A DNA stretch of 42,363 bases from Paracoccaceae bacterium (GCA_020852535.1 JADZAO010000109.1:1-42363), one strand, 5' to 3'. Shown: positions 25,939-36,285, counted from the first letter of the stretch. A program made the numbers and translations. The notes: generated from the letters alone by a model not told the origin.

Positions 25939-26103
25939 GGTGGCGGGCCCGCAGCGACCGTGGATGGCATGGTTTCCCGAGAGCCAGAGGTCTCAGGTGG
26001 GCACCAGGTAACAGGACCAAGATCCTATCAGAGCCAGCATCCATTCGTTTACTTATCGGCCACTGGAAAAGAGCCTCACACGCGAAGAGCAGTACCCGCC
26101 ACC
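25939..26103 (-). ncRNA. ssrS: 6S RNA
   Basis: A 165-nt unit closed by a GGTGGCGGG/CCCGCCACC stem. The minus strand has GGTCCTGTTACCTGGTGCCCACCTG...TCGGGA...TCCACGG, like alphaproteobacterial 6S RNAs. Ends approximate. Confidence 0.7.
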
Positions 26104-26253
26104 TTAAGGCATAGGAGCGACGGAGTGGCGGAGCAAGGCCTTAACGAAGGATACAGCAATAAAATAACTCAAACGAAACGCCAACGACAAACGATGGCGT
26201 AAAGGCCATAGACAATACCGAAGCCTGCAACACCTAGCAAAAAGTAGGTAACT

Positions 26254-26469
26254 TTAACTGCGTTTCAGCGGCTTTCCGCCATCAACGAGAAGCCGTGCAG
26301 CCTCAGCCGCTGTACGAAGCTCCTCGGCAATTTCTTCAGCTTCTTCAGGGTCAAAATCGAGCGGGAGTTCAATGCCACCTTCTGCTTCGATATAGATACG
26401 GACCATGCCAAGATCAGTCGGCCCAATCCGGATATCGGCGGCGATGTCACTTTGCTTGTCAATGCCCAT
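26254..26469 (-). CDS. Small acidic conserved protein (DUF6324-like)
   Basis: MGIDKQSDI..IGPTDLGMVRIYI..LPLDFDPEEAEEIAEELR; recognised from Rhodobacteraceae homologues next to tRNA-His. Confidence 0.75.
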   Translation of the reverse strand: MGIDKQSDIAADIRIGPTDLGMVRIYIEAEGGIELPLDFDPEEAEEIAEELRTAAEAARLLVDGGKPLKRS

Positions 26470-26606
26470 ATTTTGTCTCGTTTTTGTGCACAATTATCGT
26501 AGTTTTGACCTAGCGCGGGATCAGGGGTGAAGCAAGATGATCCCCCACGATCGAAGCACATCTGCCTCTTGCAATCAACGGGAGGGAACGGTAAATTTTC
26601 TGCAGT

Positions 26607-26683
26607 GCAGCTTTAGCTCAGTTGGTTAGAGCACCAGATTGTGGATCTGGGGGTCCCCCGTTCGAGCCGGGGAAGCTGTACCA
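26607..26683 (+). tRNA. tRNA-His(GTG)
   Basis: GCAGCTT/AAGCTGT acceptor stem, TAGCTCAGTTGG D-arm, CCAGA-TTGTGGA-TCTGG anticodon arm, TTCGA T-loop, encoded CCA. Confidence 0.96.
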
Positions 26684-26853
26684 GACAATATTCTAAAATC
26701 ATTAAGATATTTTCGAGTTCGAAGGATCCCACCTTCAGCGCCGTGTTCGGCTATTGCGCAATTCCATTTCTTACTTTCGCAGAAAAAGACACTGCATAGG
26801 GAGTTTCCGTTTGCTATCCTTAGCAGAACGAAACCTCCTTCCGTACTTAGGCG

Positions 26854-27531
26854 TCAGACCACCACGCGGCCCCTGTCGAGCCGCACGATCCTATCCATCC
26901 GTCCAGCCAACTCCATGTTATGCGTGGCAATCAACGCAGAAAGCCCCGTCTCACGCACCAAATCCATCAAAACGCCGAAGACCGTGTCCGATGTCGCAGG
27001 ATCAAGGTTCCCTGTAGGCTCGTCCGCCAACAGCAGCTTCGGCCCATTCGCCAACGAACGACAAAACGCCACCCGCTGCTGCTCGCCTCCCGACAACGCA
27101 GCAGGGCGAGAATCGGCCCGCACCGCAACCCCCACACGCCCTAAAAGCTCCATCCCTCGGTTTACTGCCGCCCGTTTGTCTGCACCATTAGCCAACTGAG
27201 GCAGCACCACATTTTCCAAAGCCGAAAACTCCGGCAGTAAATGGTGAAACTGGTAAATAAATCCTACATCCGCCCGCCGCGCTGCCGTACGGGCATCGTC
27301 GGTCAACCCCATCATCTCTCGCCCAGCATGCACCACACGACCACCGTCAGCTACATCCAAGAGCCCCGCAATATGCAGCAACGTCGACTTCCCCGCACCG
27401 CTGGGCGCCACCAGCGCCACCACCTCGCCCTGTGCCACGCTCAATGATGCCCCGCGCAGCACAATCACCTCCGATGGCTTGCCACGATTATAAACCTTCT
27501 CAATCTCATCCAGAATTAGAGCCTCACCCAT
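26854..27531 (-). CDS. lolD: Lipoprotein-releasing ABC transporter ATPase LolD
   Basis: [19 protein letters not shown] (LolD motif), [16 protein letters not shown]. Confidence 0.95.
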   Translation of the reverse strand: MGEALILDEIEKVYNRGKPSEVIVLRGASLSVAQGEVVALVAPSGAGKSTLLHIAGLLDVADGGRVVHAGREMMGLTDDARTAARRADVGFIYQFHHLLPEFSALENVVLPQLANGADKRAAVNRGMELLGRVGVAVRADSRPAALSGGEQQRVAFCRSLANGPKLLLADEPTGNLDPATSDTVFGVLMDLVRETGLSALIATHNMELAGRMDRIVRLDRGRVVV

Positions 27532-28807
27532 AACGCAAAGCCTCCACGGGATTCATCCGCGCCGCTCTGCGGGCCGGAAGCAGCGTAACGACAAAGGAAA
27601 GGAACAACGAAAGAAACACCGCCGAAAGAACATCATACAGCTGCAACTTCGCAGGCAGCGCATAAATCCCGCGTATCGAAGGGTCCCAAACTCCGCCACC
27701 CGCCACGTAATTCACCGCCGAAAAAATCGGATCAATATAAACAGCAAATAAACATCCCAGCAGCACCCCCGCAGCTGTCCCAACCAACCCAGTGGATGCA
27801 CCACAGATAAAGAATATCCGTAGCACTGCTCCCTCGGTCAACCCCATAGTCCGCAAGATGCCGATGTCGCTGCCCTTATTTTTTACAAGCATGATCAGCC
27901 CTGAAATTATGTTCATAGCGGCAATCAGCACAAGGATAGAGAGGATCACGAACATCACATTGTCTTCGACGTCCAGAGCCTGCAAGAACGACCCCGCGCT
28001 ATCCCGCCACGTCCATATCAGCACGTCTTCGCCCGCTGCAGCCATCACCTTAGGCGCAATCTCCTCAATCCGCTCGGGCGCAACCACCGAAACATCAATC
28101 TCGTCCGCCATCCCCTCACGGTTGAAATAGCTCTGCGCCTCATCGAAAGGCATGTAAATTCTGGTACGATCAATGTCATAGCGGCCAGCGGTAAAGATAT
28201 AGACCACTTCATAGGCATTCACCCGAGGACTAGTCCCAAACGCTATTTTAACGCCATTTGGGGCTACCAACCGCAACCGATCACCCAAACCTACGCCCAA
28301 CTCCCGCGCAATCCCCGACCCAATAGCGATACCCTCAGAAAAATAAGAAATATCTCCCTCTGCGTCTGCCCCAATCCCGACTCGCGGAATCGCCGCCAAA
28401 TCATCGGGCCGTATCCCGTAAACTTCAGCCCCCGTCGACCCTTCACCGGCGGTCACCATCACCTGCCCCTTGACCAAAGGAGCCACCCGAACAACCCCCT
28501 CAATCGCAGCGATTGCAGAAGCCCGCTCGTTATAATCAGTAAAGTCGTTGATCAGACGGCCATCCACATCAACATGACCTGAGGAATAAACCGTAACATG
28601 GGCATTCGCGCCCAGAATAGTGCTAACAAACTCAGCCCGAAATCCGGCGCGCACCGCCAGCGTGGCGATCAGTGCAAACACCGCCAAGGTGATCCCGACA
28701 AGCGAGATCCATGTCATCACCGACACACCACCCTCAGCCTGCCGCGCCCGCAAATAGCGCCAAGCAATCATCCATTCAAAAGCCGCAAAAGGCCGCGTCG
28801 AAACCAT
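27524..28807 (-). CDS. Lipoprotein-releasing ABC transporter permease LolC/E (LolF-type)
   Basis: AWRYLR, four TM segments, [24 protein letters not shown]; upstream of lolD. Start reassigned to ATG 28807. Confidence 0.93.
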   Translation of the reverse strand: MVSTRPFAAFEWMIAWRYLRARQAEGGVSVMTWISLVGITLAVFALIATLAVRAGFRAEFVSTILGANAHVTVYSSGHVDVDGRLINDFTDYNERASAIAAIEGVVRVAPLVKGQVMVTAGEGSTGAEVYGIRPDDLAAIPRVGIGADAEGDISYFSEGIAIGSGIARELGVGLGDRLRLVAPNGVKIAFGTSPRVNAYEVVYIFTAGRYDIDRTRIYMPFDEAQSYFNREGMADEIDVSVVAPERIEEIAPKVMAAAGEDVLIWTWRDSAGSFLQALDVEDNVMFVILSILVLIAAMNIISGLIMLVKNKGSDIGILRTMGLTEGAVLRIFFICGASTGLVGTAAGVLLGCLFAVYIDPIFSAVNYVAGGGVWDPSIRGIYALPAKLQLYDVLSAVFLSLFLSFVVTLLPARRAARMNPVEALRYG

Positions 28808-29040
28808 CGGTCCACCCTTATCAGATTCCACCCGCACCCTGCTTGCAACCTCTCCCCCCGTCAAGGCAAAGGCGTGTCATGATTGCGTCTTCCATCCCCG
28901 CACATGCAGGCTCCCTAGCCAAAACTAAACCGCACTACCCAAAACCACCAAACTCAACCCAAAATTGTACCGCAATCTGCCGCCAACCCTGAAATCCATT
29001 CTCCCGCACACAAAGAAAAAGAACACAGCCTCTTTTTCCC

Positions 29041-30378
29041 TTACACTCCTGCGTAAATCTGCGCGATCCGGGCCACCGCTGCTTCCGGCGATACTTCTTC
29101 GCTCTCGCCTGTACGACGCGAAGTCACCTCCACGACCCCACTCGCCAGCCCGCGCGGTCCGACCGTAATCCGCCAAGGCAACCCGATCATATCCATCGTC
29201 GCAAACTTCGCCCCCGCCCGCTCGTCGCGATCATCGTAAAGCGCCTCTAAGCCCTTGGTCGCCAACGCCTTGTAAAGCCCCTCACAAGCCGCATCCGCCG
29301 CGCCATCGCCCTGTTTCAGGTTCACAATACCCACGGGGAAAGGCGTCACCTCCTCAGACCAGATGATGCCCTTGTCATCATGACTTGCCTCGATAATTGC
29401 ACCCAACAAACGTGACACGCCAATGCCATGCGACCCCATCTCAACCGGCACACGACTGCCATCCGGCGTCACCACCATAGCCCCCATAGCTTCCGAATAC
29501 TTAGTGCCAAAGTAAAAGATCTGCCCCACTTCAATGCCACGCCCCACCTTGCGGTGATGTTCCGGAACGGCCTCAAAAGCAGTCACGTCATGAGTCTCAT
29601 CAGTACGAGCATAAAGCGTAGTAAATTCCTTGCACACATCCGCCACAACGGCGCGGTCATCAAAATCAATGTCCCGCTGACCCAGTTTCAATGCGGTCAC
29701 GCGGTCGTCGTAGAACACCTCCGACTCACCGGTCTGCGCCAAAACAAGGAACTCATGTGTATTGTCCCCTCCGATCGGGCCAGAGGCGGCACGCATCGGG
29801 ATTGCGGTCAGCCCCATGCGTTCATAGGTCCGCAAATAACTAACCATATGGCGGTTATAGGCATGCAACGCCGCGTCCTTGTCGATGTCGAAACTATAGC
29901 CATCCTTCATCAAAAACTCGCGCCCCCGCATCACGCCAAAACGCGGACGCATCTCATCACGGAACTTCCACTGAATATGATACAGCGTCAGCGGCAGATC
30001 CTTGTAGCTGTTCACATGGCTTCTAAAGATGTCGGTAATCATCTCTTCGTTGGTCGGCCCGTATAGCATCTCGCGCTTTTGCCGGTCGATAATCCGCAAC
30101 ATCTCCTGCCCGTAGTCGTCATACCGGCCCGACTCCCGCCACAGGTCGGCAGACTGCAAGGTCGGCATCAACAAGGGGATATGCCCAGCACGCACTTGCT
30201 CCTGATGCACAATCTCCTCAATACGTTTTAAGACGCGAAACCCCAGCGGCAGCCACGAATAGATACCCGCCGCCTGCTGCTTGATCATCCCCGCCCGCAG
30301 CATATAACGATGCGAGACGATCTGCGCCTCGGCCGGATTTTCCTTAAGAACAGGCAAGAAATAGCGAGAAAGACGCAT
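29041..30378 (-). CDS. proS: Proline--tRNA ligase (short alphaproteobacterial form without the INS editing domain)
   Basis: [39 protein letters not shown]; 445 aa. Confidence 0.97.
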   Translation of the reverse strand: MRLSRYFLPVLKENPAEAQIVSHRYMLRAGMIKQQAAGIYSWLPLGFRVLKRIEEIVHQEQVRAGHIPLLMPTLQSADLWRESGRYDDYGQEMLRIIDRQKREMLYGPTNEEMITDIFRSHVNSYKDLPLTLYHIQWKFRDEMRPRFGVMRGREFLMKDGYSFDIDKDAALHAYNRHMVSYLRTYERMGLTAIPMRAASGPIGGDNTHEFLVLAQTGESEVFYDDRVTALKLGQRDIDFDDRAVVADVCKEFTTLYARTDETHDVTAFEAVPEHHRKVGRGIEVGQIFYFGTKYSEAMGAMVVTPDGSRVPVEMGSHGIGVSRLLGAIIEASHDDKGIIWSEEVTPFPVGIVNLKQGDGAADAACEGLYKALATKGLEALYDDRDERAGAKFATMDMIGLPWRITVGPRGLASGVVEVTSRRTGESEEVSPEAAVARIAQIYAGV

Positions 30379-30631
30379 GTAGGGGCCTCGTTAATTCGGT
30401 TCCCCACGTTCCTAGCGAGAAGCACAAAGGCTGGCAACCACGCGACACCCTACGACAAGGCCCAACGTCCAACAAAGTCAGCCCTACCCTACCGGCCCTC
30501 GTTCACCACATGTCAAAAATCACAAACTTTTAATCAATCCTTAGATAACAAATTGATTTGCATATATGAAAAAAAGTTGCCACCTCAGTTCGGGTAGAAA
30601 CAGTGATGTTTTGTAGAAACAATTCAGGTAA

Positions 30632-31303
30632 TTAATCTTCAATACCAAGGACGCTAGCTGCAAGTTGTCGCGTCACAGGGCGACCATGAGCCAGCGAAAC
30701 TGTATCAAGCGTGGCGACCAGTAAGCGGGCGGTAGCAAGTGAACGCTCCATACGCTGTACGAGATAGGAGATTAAATTTGGCTGCACCGTAATTTGACGG
30801 TCAGCAAAAAGTTTGACCAATACGGCGGAAAGAAGTGCATCATCTGGTGCGTCTATTTGTGTTAGGCTAGCGGCTTGAAGGCGACTTGCGAGATCGGGCA
30901 AACGCAATCCCCAATCACGAGGCGGAGTAGCGGCAGTCACAAGGAGAAAAGCACCTTGGGTCACAATGTTGTGGAGATGAAAAAAAGCAGCTTCGCGTTC
31001 AGCATCCCCCGCAACATCTTCTGCATCCTCGACGCAGACACAGCCTTGTTCACTCAGTGCAGCAATATCGACTGTGGCGAGGGCTTTGCCTTTAACCAAC
31101 GTAGCCCCCGTAGCTTGCAGCCAGATATGAGCAAGGTGAGTTTTACCGCTGCCCGGAGGGCCAATAAGCAACATCTTACCTGCAGGCCAGTTTTGCCATG
31201 CGTCGATGGCGCTCAATGCCGTGATATTTGTATTCGAAACAAAAAAATCCTTGCGAGCGAAAGTTTCGGTCACAGGAAGGGTGAAAGCAAGTTGATAAGT
31301 CAC
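30632..31303 (-). CDS. hdaA: DnaA regulatory inactivator HdaA
   Basis: N-terminal clamp-binding QLAF, GPPGSGKTHL, LPDLASRL, MERS. Confidence 0.88.
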   Translation of the reverse strand: MTYQLAFTLPVTETFARKDFFVSNTNITALSAIDAWQNWPAGKMLLIGPPGSGKTHLAHIWLQATGATLVKGKALATVDIAALSEQGCVCVEDAEDVAGDAEREAAFFHLHNIVTQGAFLLVTAATPPRDWGLRLPDLASRLQAASLTQIDAPDDALLSAVLVKLFADRQITVQPNLISYLVQRMERSLATARLLVATLDTVSLAHGRPVTRQLAASVLGIED

Positions 31304-32385
31304 TCTTGAATGTCATCCTCGGGCGCGGGATAGCCCGTAAAACCACGATAAAGTAGGCTTGATTGGTAGCGGGCGGTAGCAAAGCGTGCAAGCACGCCTA
31401 TAGAGGCTGCAACAGGTATGGCAACAAGCATACCAACAAAGCCAAAGAGTGAACCAAAAGCCGAAAGCGCGAAGAGTAACCAAACTGGGTGAAGACCTAC
31501 GGAATTGCCGACGAGTTTCGGAGTTAGCACATTCCCTTCAATGAACTGGCCAATAAAGAAAATAGCAGCAATAATACCAATCGACATCCAATCACCCCAA
31601 AATTGGAAGAGCGCCAGTGCAATGGCGAGCGAACCCCCAACGAGACTTCCGACATATGGAATGAAAGTAATCGCCCCTGCGGTAGCCCCAATAACAAGGC
31701 CAAACTGCAACCCCGCCACCATGAGAGCGATGGAATAAAAACTGCCCAGAAGCAGACAAACAGAAAGCTGGCCACGCACAAAGCCCGCGAGAACCAAGTT
31801 GATCTCCTTACCCAAGCGACGGATCACGGGAGCATGATCCCGCGGTAAAAGCGTGTTGATGCGGGTGATCATGTGGTCCCAGTCTAGGAGCATGTAAAAG
31901 GCCACTACAGGTACCACAACGATGAAAATCATCGCCGAAACAATGCTCATAGCAGAGCTTAGCAAAGTTTCGGCAAGCTGACCGCCCTTAGCTTGTATCA
32001 CTTGTCCGATCTGAGCGAGCGTCTGACGAATGGTCGAAGTGGAATCATTCAGTTCAGGGAAACGTTCAGTCAGAAAAGCCTGCAAACGTGCGAATATCTG
32101 CGGGGCGGCATTTACAAGACCGCTGAGCTGTTCGACGAGTGTCGGGATCACTGCAAGCACTAAAAGAACTGCGGTCAGCAAGACAATAAACGAGATCGTC
32201 ATGGTGGCGCCAACCCGAGAAAGACCCGCGCGTTGTAGACGGTCGGCTACTGGATCGAGAAAATAAGCCAGAGCACCACCAACAAGAAAAGGTAAAAGGA
32301 CATCACCCAACACATAAAGCAGCAGCAGGAACACCGCCATCGTGGTACTCCAGATCATAAGCTGTTTTTGCATGGGCAGTGCCAC
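31300..32385 (-). CDS. AI-2E family (PerM-like) transporter
   Basis: AYFLDP, FIPYVG, EGNVLTPKLVG..GLHP, GFVGMLVAIP. Probable GTG start at 32385; the ORF track extends to 32400. Confidence 0.92.
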   Translation of the reverse strand: MALPMQKQLMIWSTTMAVFLLLLYVLGDVLLPFLVGGALAYFLDPVADRLQRAGLSRVGATMTISFIVLLTAVLLVLAVIPTLVEQLSGLVNAAPQIFARLQAFLTERFPELNDSTSTIRQTLAQIGQVIQAKGGQLAETLLSSAMSIVSAMIFIVVVPVVAFYMLLDWDHMITRINTLLPRDHAPVIRRLGKEINLVLAGFVRGQLSVCLLLGSFYSIALMVAGLQFGLVIGATAGAITFIPYVGSLVGGSLAIALALFQFWGDWMSIGIIAAIFFIGQFIEGNVLTPKLVGNSVGLHPVWLLFALSAFGSLFGFVGMLVAIPVAASIGVLARFATARYQSSLLYRGFTGYPAPEDDIQE

Positions 32386-32475
32386 TGTCACGCCTTTCAA
32401 ATGTGTCGCGACATCATATCACCACTGCTGCGCTGCGGCGCAAGAGCAGAGGTGCTTATATGTCACGGATAGCCC

Positions 32476-32709
32476 TCAAACACCAAAGGATAGCAAACCT
32501 TGACGAATAGTTTTGCACCCCCCCTTCATAAACAAGCGCTGGTCCAGCAAGGTTTGTTCGGCCGCTAGGCAAGCGCTATCAAGGATGAAATCGGTCAGCG
32601 ACTTATGTGCTACCTCTGCAGCACGACGTAACACCACCTCTTGTTCGGGGGTGGAGCGCAGCCCAAGACGGACGAATCGAGCTGAAGTGGCCTGTACAAA
32701 AGCAGTCAT
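32476..32709 (-). pseudogene. Truncated DUF1778/TacA-family RHH antitoxin
   Basis: RLGLRSTPEQEVVLRRAAEVAHKSLTDFILDSACLAAEQTLLDQRLFM, then an unrelated tail. The C-terminal third and the cognate GNAT toxin are missing. Confidence 0.8.
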
Positions 32710-32778
32710 GACAGCAGCTGTATTGTTGAATCAATTACAGTATTTTTTGGTACAAATGGTAAACACTGTCTAGCTCTA

Positions 32779-34434
32779 TTATAGCGACTGGTGACCGTGT
32801 TTGATAGCAAGAATACGTCGTTCAGCAAATTCTGAAAGACGCCGACAATAATCAAGCATTGGTTCCAATACTAGTTGGCGATAAATTTCTCGTGGAGACT
32901 CACCCTCCAGACCTTTCTCCTCCAACAAGGTGGTCAATTCGTCGCTCTTACGGTGAGCCGCCGATTTTGATCTAAGTTTTTGTAACAGTCGAAGTGAGAC
33001 AATCAACTCCTCTAAAGCGCTGTCTCCTCCATTTTGACGTAACCATGCCTGTAACTTATCAATCCTCCGAGGCGGGCTAGATTTTTTTTCTTTTATCTTT
33101 GCAATTTCTATATTTACTAATTCAGCAAGCTTAGATTCGTTCAGATATTCGATAAATATTTTATTTGCCGCAATTATACAGCGATCAAACTCGGTCCATT
33201 CATCAAATATGAGCATACGCAGATCCGTGAGCAAACCCGCATCATATTCGTGAAATTCATCGTAAAGTTCGAAACCGAAAGCCTCACGCCATTTTCTCAA
33301 AAGCTTATGACGCTCCGCTTTAATAGCAAGATCTAGATTTTTCCCATCGGCAGGCTGACCCAAAAAGAAGCGTCTTTTGCAAGTCTCGCTGAGTCCACCC
33401 TTAGGTGGAACATTAAACGAGCTCCAGTAGCGCTGTTCCGACTCTGGTAGGACACTCCCTAAATCACCAAGAAATACAATCACCTTGTCTTCATGGTCGT
33501 TATCTATACACAGAGCCCATTTACTACCGCACAATAGATAACCATCTACGACTGAATACAGACTAGAGTTTCCAAGGTACTTGTTCAGTACTTTTTTGCG
33601 GAAATGAATAGGCGTAAGATAGTTAGGGTTATCCGCATTTTTTCCAAAATAATCTGCAAGTTGATCAGGATCAGAACTAAAAACCGTATCGGACCCATCA
33701 TCGGAGGTTCCGATGATGAAAGTTTGATAAGTTTTCTCATTCTCATATGGCCAAATACCACACTTTTCAATTGGCAGCGCCTCTATCAACCGCTTACCCA
33801 GAAGCCGACCAACTGCGGACTTCCCAAGAGTAAAATCATTTCTTACGTACCTAATTGCGCAAAGCATGGAATCGGCTATTTTTTCTAGTTTTTCCTCTTG
33901 GGGTTCATCATAAAACTGCACAGAATCCACTTGCAGAAGAATTTTCAAACCCCGCGCAGCGCAAAACTTTCGAAGCGCCACAGTATCAACGAGGATTGGG
34001 CCAGAGGAATCTCGGTATACAATCTTCTGCTCTGATCCATCGTCTAGGATCTTGAAATATTCATCGGTTTTTCGGTTGTGCCATAAATTGTGGAACAAGC
34101 GAAATTCCTCCAGAAGATCGAATTGGTCCTGTTTCAAACCGTTAAAATTGCGATGTATAATAAGAGGCCAAGATTCGCCGGATGCTGGCTTGTAAGAATA
34201 TTCTGTACGTTCTTTTCCGTTCTCCCACCGCGTCGAAAACCCGGTTAGCTCACCGTCTCTGCGAACAGTCCAACTTGCATCATCAAGGCATTTTTCGGCG
34301 GTGTTTCCTCGAACGAGGCCTATGTAAATACTCCCATTTCCGCTTCCGCTGGTATTCCATGTCCATTCAGCTATCAGGCACTGCCTTTGCTCACCATCAC
34401 GCAGCAGTTCCAGCGCCTTATCCATTGTCAGCAT
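32779..34434 (-). CDS. Hypothetical protein (~551 aa) with a C-terminal HEPN-like R-X5-H motif; candidate defence effector
   Basis: Long intact low-GC ORF; GAGGGA RBS before ATG 34434; LQKLRSKSAAHRK in a helical C-terminal region. Confidence 0.75.
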   Translation of the reverse strand: MLTMDKALELLRDGEQRQCLIAEWTWNTSGSGNGSIYIGLVRGNTAEKCLDDASWTVRRDGELTGFSTRWENGKERTEYSYKPASGESWPLIIHRNFNGLKQDQFDLLEEFRLFHNLWHNRKTDEYFKILDDGSEQKIVYRDSSGPILVDTVALRKFCAARGLKILLQVDSVQFYDEPQEEKLEKIADSMLCAIRYVRNDFTLGKSAVGRLLGKRLIEALPIEKCGIWPYENEKTYQTFIIGTSDDGSDTVFSSDPDQLADYFGKNADNPNYLTPIHFRKKVLNKYLGNSSLYSVVDGYLLCGSKWALCIDNDHEDKVIVFLGDLGSVLPESEQRYWSSFNVPPKGGLSETCKRRFFLGQPADGKNLDLAIKAERHKLLRKWREAFGFELYDEFHEYDAGLLTDLRMLIFDEWTEFDRCIIAANKIFIEYLNESKLAELVNIEIAKIKEKKSSPPRRIDKLQAWLRQNGGDSALEELIVSLRLLQKLRSKSAAHRKSDELTTLLEEKGLEGESPREIYRQLVLEPMLDYCRRLSEFAERRILAIKHGHQSL

Positions 34435-34889
34435 GCTAATTCCCTCGTTTTGCACTGTTGCGATCAGTAGACAATGTCAATCGGCAGTTTCAACACACAA
34501 AGCCACGTGCCCACTATTAAGATAACTCTTGATATACCCTGTGCATTCCCAAAATGAAAGGATGGGCGAACAACCGCATTGAGGTTTGCTGGAAAAATAC
34601 CGTTCATGCCCGACATCTGCCCCAATCTTGAAACGTACAGATTTTTTCTGCAGTCGCCTACGCCTGAGAAGTTTCCAACAACAACCGACTACCTCTAAAC
34701 ACGCGACGGCAAAGAAAGTGGCTTCGAAACCACTCGCGTGGCTACCAGAGAAAATGAAAAACAAAGAGAAATAGTCTATGATAAAAACGCTGAGTTCGCG
34801 GAAACGGCGCTCGCAAAGCCATGCACGGAAACCGTGCCGACAATCGGAGAAGAAATCCAAAGCATATATAGAGTTTAGATCTAAGATTA

Positions 34890-34913
34890 TGGTGGCGAGA
34901 CACGGAACCGAAC
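34890..34913 (-). repeat. Degenerate tRNA 3'-end fragment (att-like scar)
   Basis: The minus strand reads GTTCGGTTCCGTGTCTCGCCACCA (T-loop-like, 3' acceptor strand, CCA) with no 5' half. Same orientation as tRNA-Ala. Confidence 0.55.
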
Positions 34914-35163
34914 TCGCGTCCGCTTTGCCAGCAAGACAGCAAACTTTTCCCGCAAAGGGCTTAGCTTCGAAGATTTTTCCGTTTCCGCTTCGTGACCGTA
35001 CCGGCCTTGAGGACGATGCGTCCTAGGTGACCAGATCCCCTGCCACTAGTAGCCACATCAAACGCCAATTCAATTCCCGGCTTCACAACCGAACCGCGTT
35101 CGAACGAGCGCGCCTCGGCCTTCTACTACCCTCTCATTTCGCGTCTTTAACTCACGACGGATA

Positions 35164-35204
35164 TGGTTTACAATTTTTTATAAAAAATGTATCTTTGGAA
35201 ACCA
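35164..35204 (+). promoter_or_regulatory. Sigma70 promoter with palindromic operator for the XRE-ImmA operon
   Basis: TTTACA-N17-TATCTT (35167-35195), overlapped by the palindrome TACAATTTTTTATAAAAAATGTA and an outer TGGTTT/AAACCA pair. Confidence 0.6.
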
Positions 35205-35217
35205 CGAGAGGTCAGCC

Positions 35218-36285
35218 ATGTTCAGCATTCGACTCCATCGGGCTCGTAAGGCAGCAGGGCTATCCCTGCGCGATCTAGGCGAACGCGTAGGGGTATCTCA
35301 TGCCGCCATCAAGAAGTACGAAGACGGCATTGCGATGCCGTCCTCCCATATCCTGATTAATCTGTCGCGTACGCTCAAGGTGCGTACCGAGTATTTCTTC
35401 CGTCCAGAGCAGGTCGCGCTCGAAGGCATTGAGTACCGCAAGCGCAGCTCCTTGCCCCAAAAGCGACTGAACGCGATCACCCATGAAATAATCGACCAGA
35501 TCGAACGTCGCATCGAGCTAGAAAGTCTCTTTCCTCAGTCGCCCGTCAAGGTCTTCGCCACAGTCGAGGGGCTGGCGACTTCCATTACCGCGATGGATCA
35601 GATTGAAGAGACCGCCGAACGCGTCCGTGAGGCATGGGAATTGGGCTTTGACCCTATCCCCGATCTGATCGACGTGCTGGAGACCAACGGCATCCGCGTC
35701 TTCATGATCGGGACGGATACAGAGAACAAATTCGACGGCCTCGCGGCCCGCGTTAGCGGCATGCCCATCGTGGTCGTTGGTCGCCACTGGCCGGGAGATC
35801 GTCAGCGCTTCACCCTAGCGCACGAGCTCGGGCACCTCATGTTCGAAGGTCGCCTTGCCGGTAATCTGGACGAGGAGATGGCGTGCAACCGCTTCGCCGG
35901 AGCCTTCCTGTTTCCACGCGCCTCTGTGCTGCGAGAACTCGGCGAGCATCGCAACGCAATCGAACTCAAAGAACTAGGACTTTTGAAGGAAGAGTTCGGC
36001 CTGTCGATGTTCGGAATTCTCTATCGCGCCCGGCACCTTGGAATCATCTCGCCCACCTACCACGAAGAACAAATCAAGCTGTTCCGCTACAAAGGCTGGC
36101 ATCGAAAAGAGCCTGGGCATGACTACCCTACCGAGAAGACGCACATCTTCGAACAGGTGGTGTTTCACGCTCTGGCCGAGGAGTACATCAACGAGTCGAA
36201 GGCAGCAGAGCTAATGAACATGCCACTGCAACAGTTGCGGCGCGTCCGCTCGATGGAGGGCGGCGATGCTGCTGTTAATCAGTGA
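35218..36285 (+). CDS. XRE-HTH + ImmA/IrrE (M78/DUF955) metallopeptidase fusion
   Basis: N-terminal XRE HTH (ARKAAGLSLRDLGERVGVSHAAIKKYE); RQRFTLAHELGH (HExxH); E..CNRFAGAFL. Confidence 0.92.
   Translation: MFSIRLHRARKAAGLSLRDLGERVGVSHAAIKKYEDGIAMPSSHILINLSRTLKVRTEYFFRPEQVALEGIEYRKRSSLPQKRLNAITHEIIDQIERRIELESLFPQSPVKVFATVEGLATSITAMDQIEETAERVREAWELGFDPIPDLIDVLETNGIRVFMIGTDTENKFDGLAARVSGMPIVVVGRHWPGDRQRFTLAHELGHLMFEGRLAGNLDEEMACNRFAGAFLFPRASVLRELGEHRNAIELKELGLLKEEFGLSMFGILYRARHLGIISPTYHEEQIKLFRYKGWHRKEPGHDYPTEKTHIFEQVVFHALAEEYINESKAAELMNMPLQQLRRVRSMEGGDAAVNQ

Noticed and set aside
26180-26200. GCCAACGACAA resembling the tmRNA tag start (AND..)
   Set aside because: The frame continues KRWRK with no ..AA-stop ending, and there is no tRNA-like domain.
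34451-34463. TGCACTGTTGCGA, similar to the IS26/IS6 inverted repeat
   Set aside because: Mismatched ends, no partner repeat and no transposase.
34477-35278. ORFs 34477-34860, 34778-35026 and 35027-35278
   Set aside because: No motifs; they span what looks like non-coding island-end sequence.
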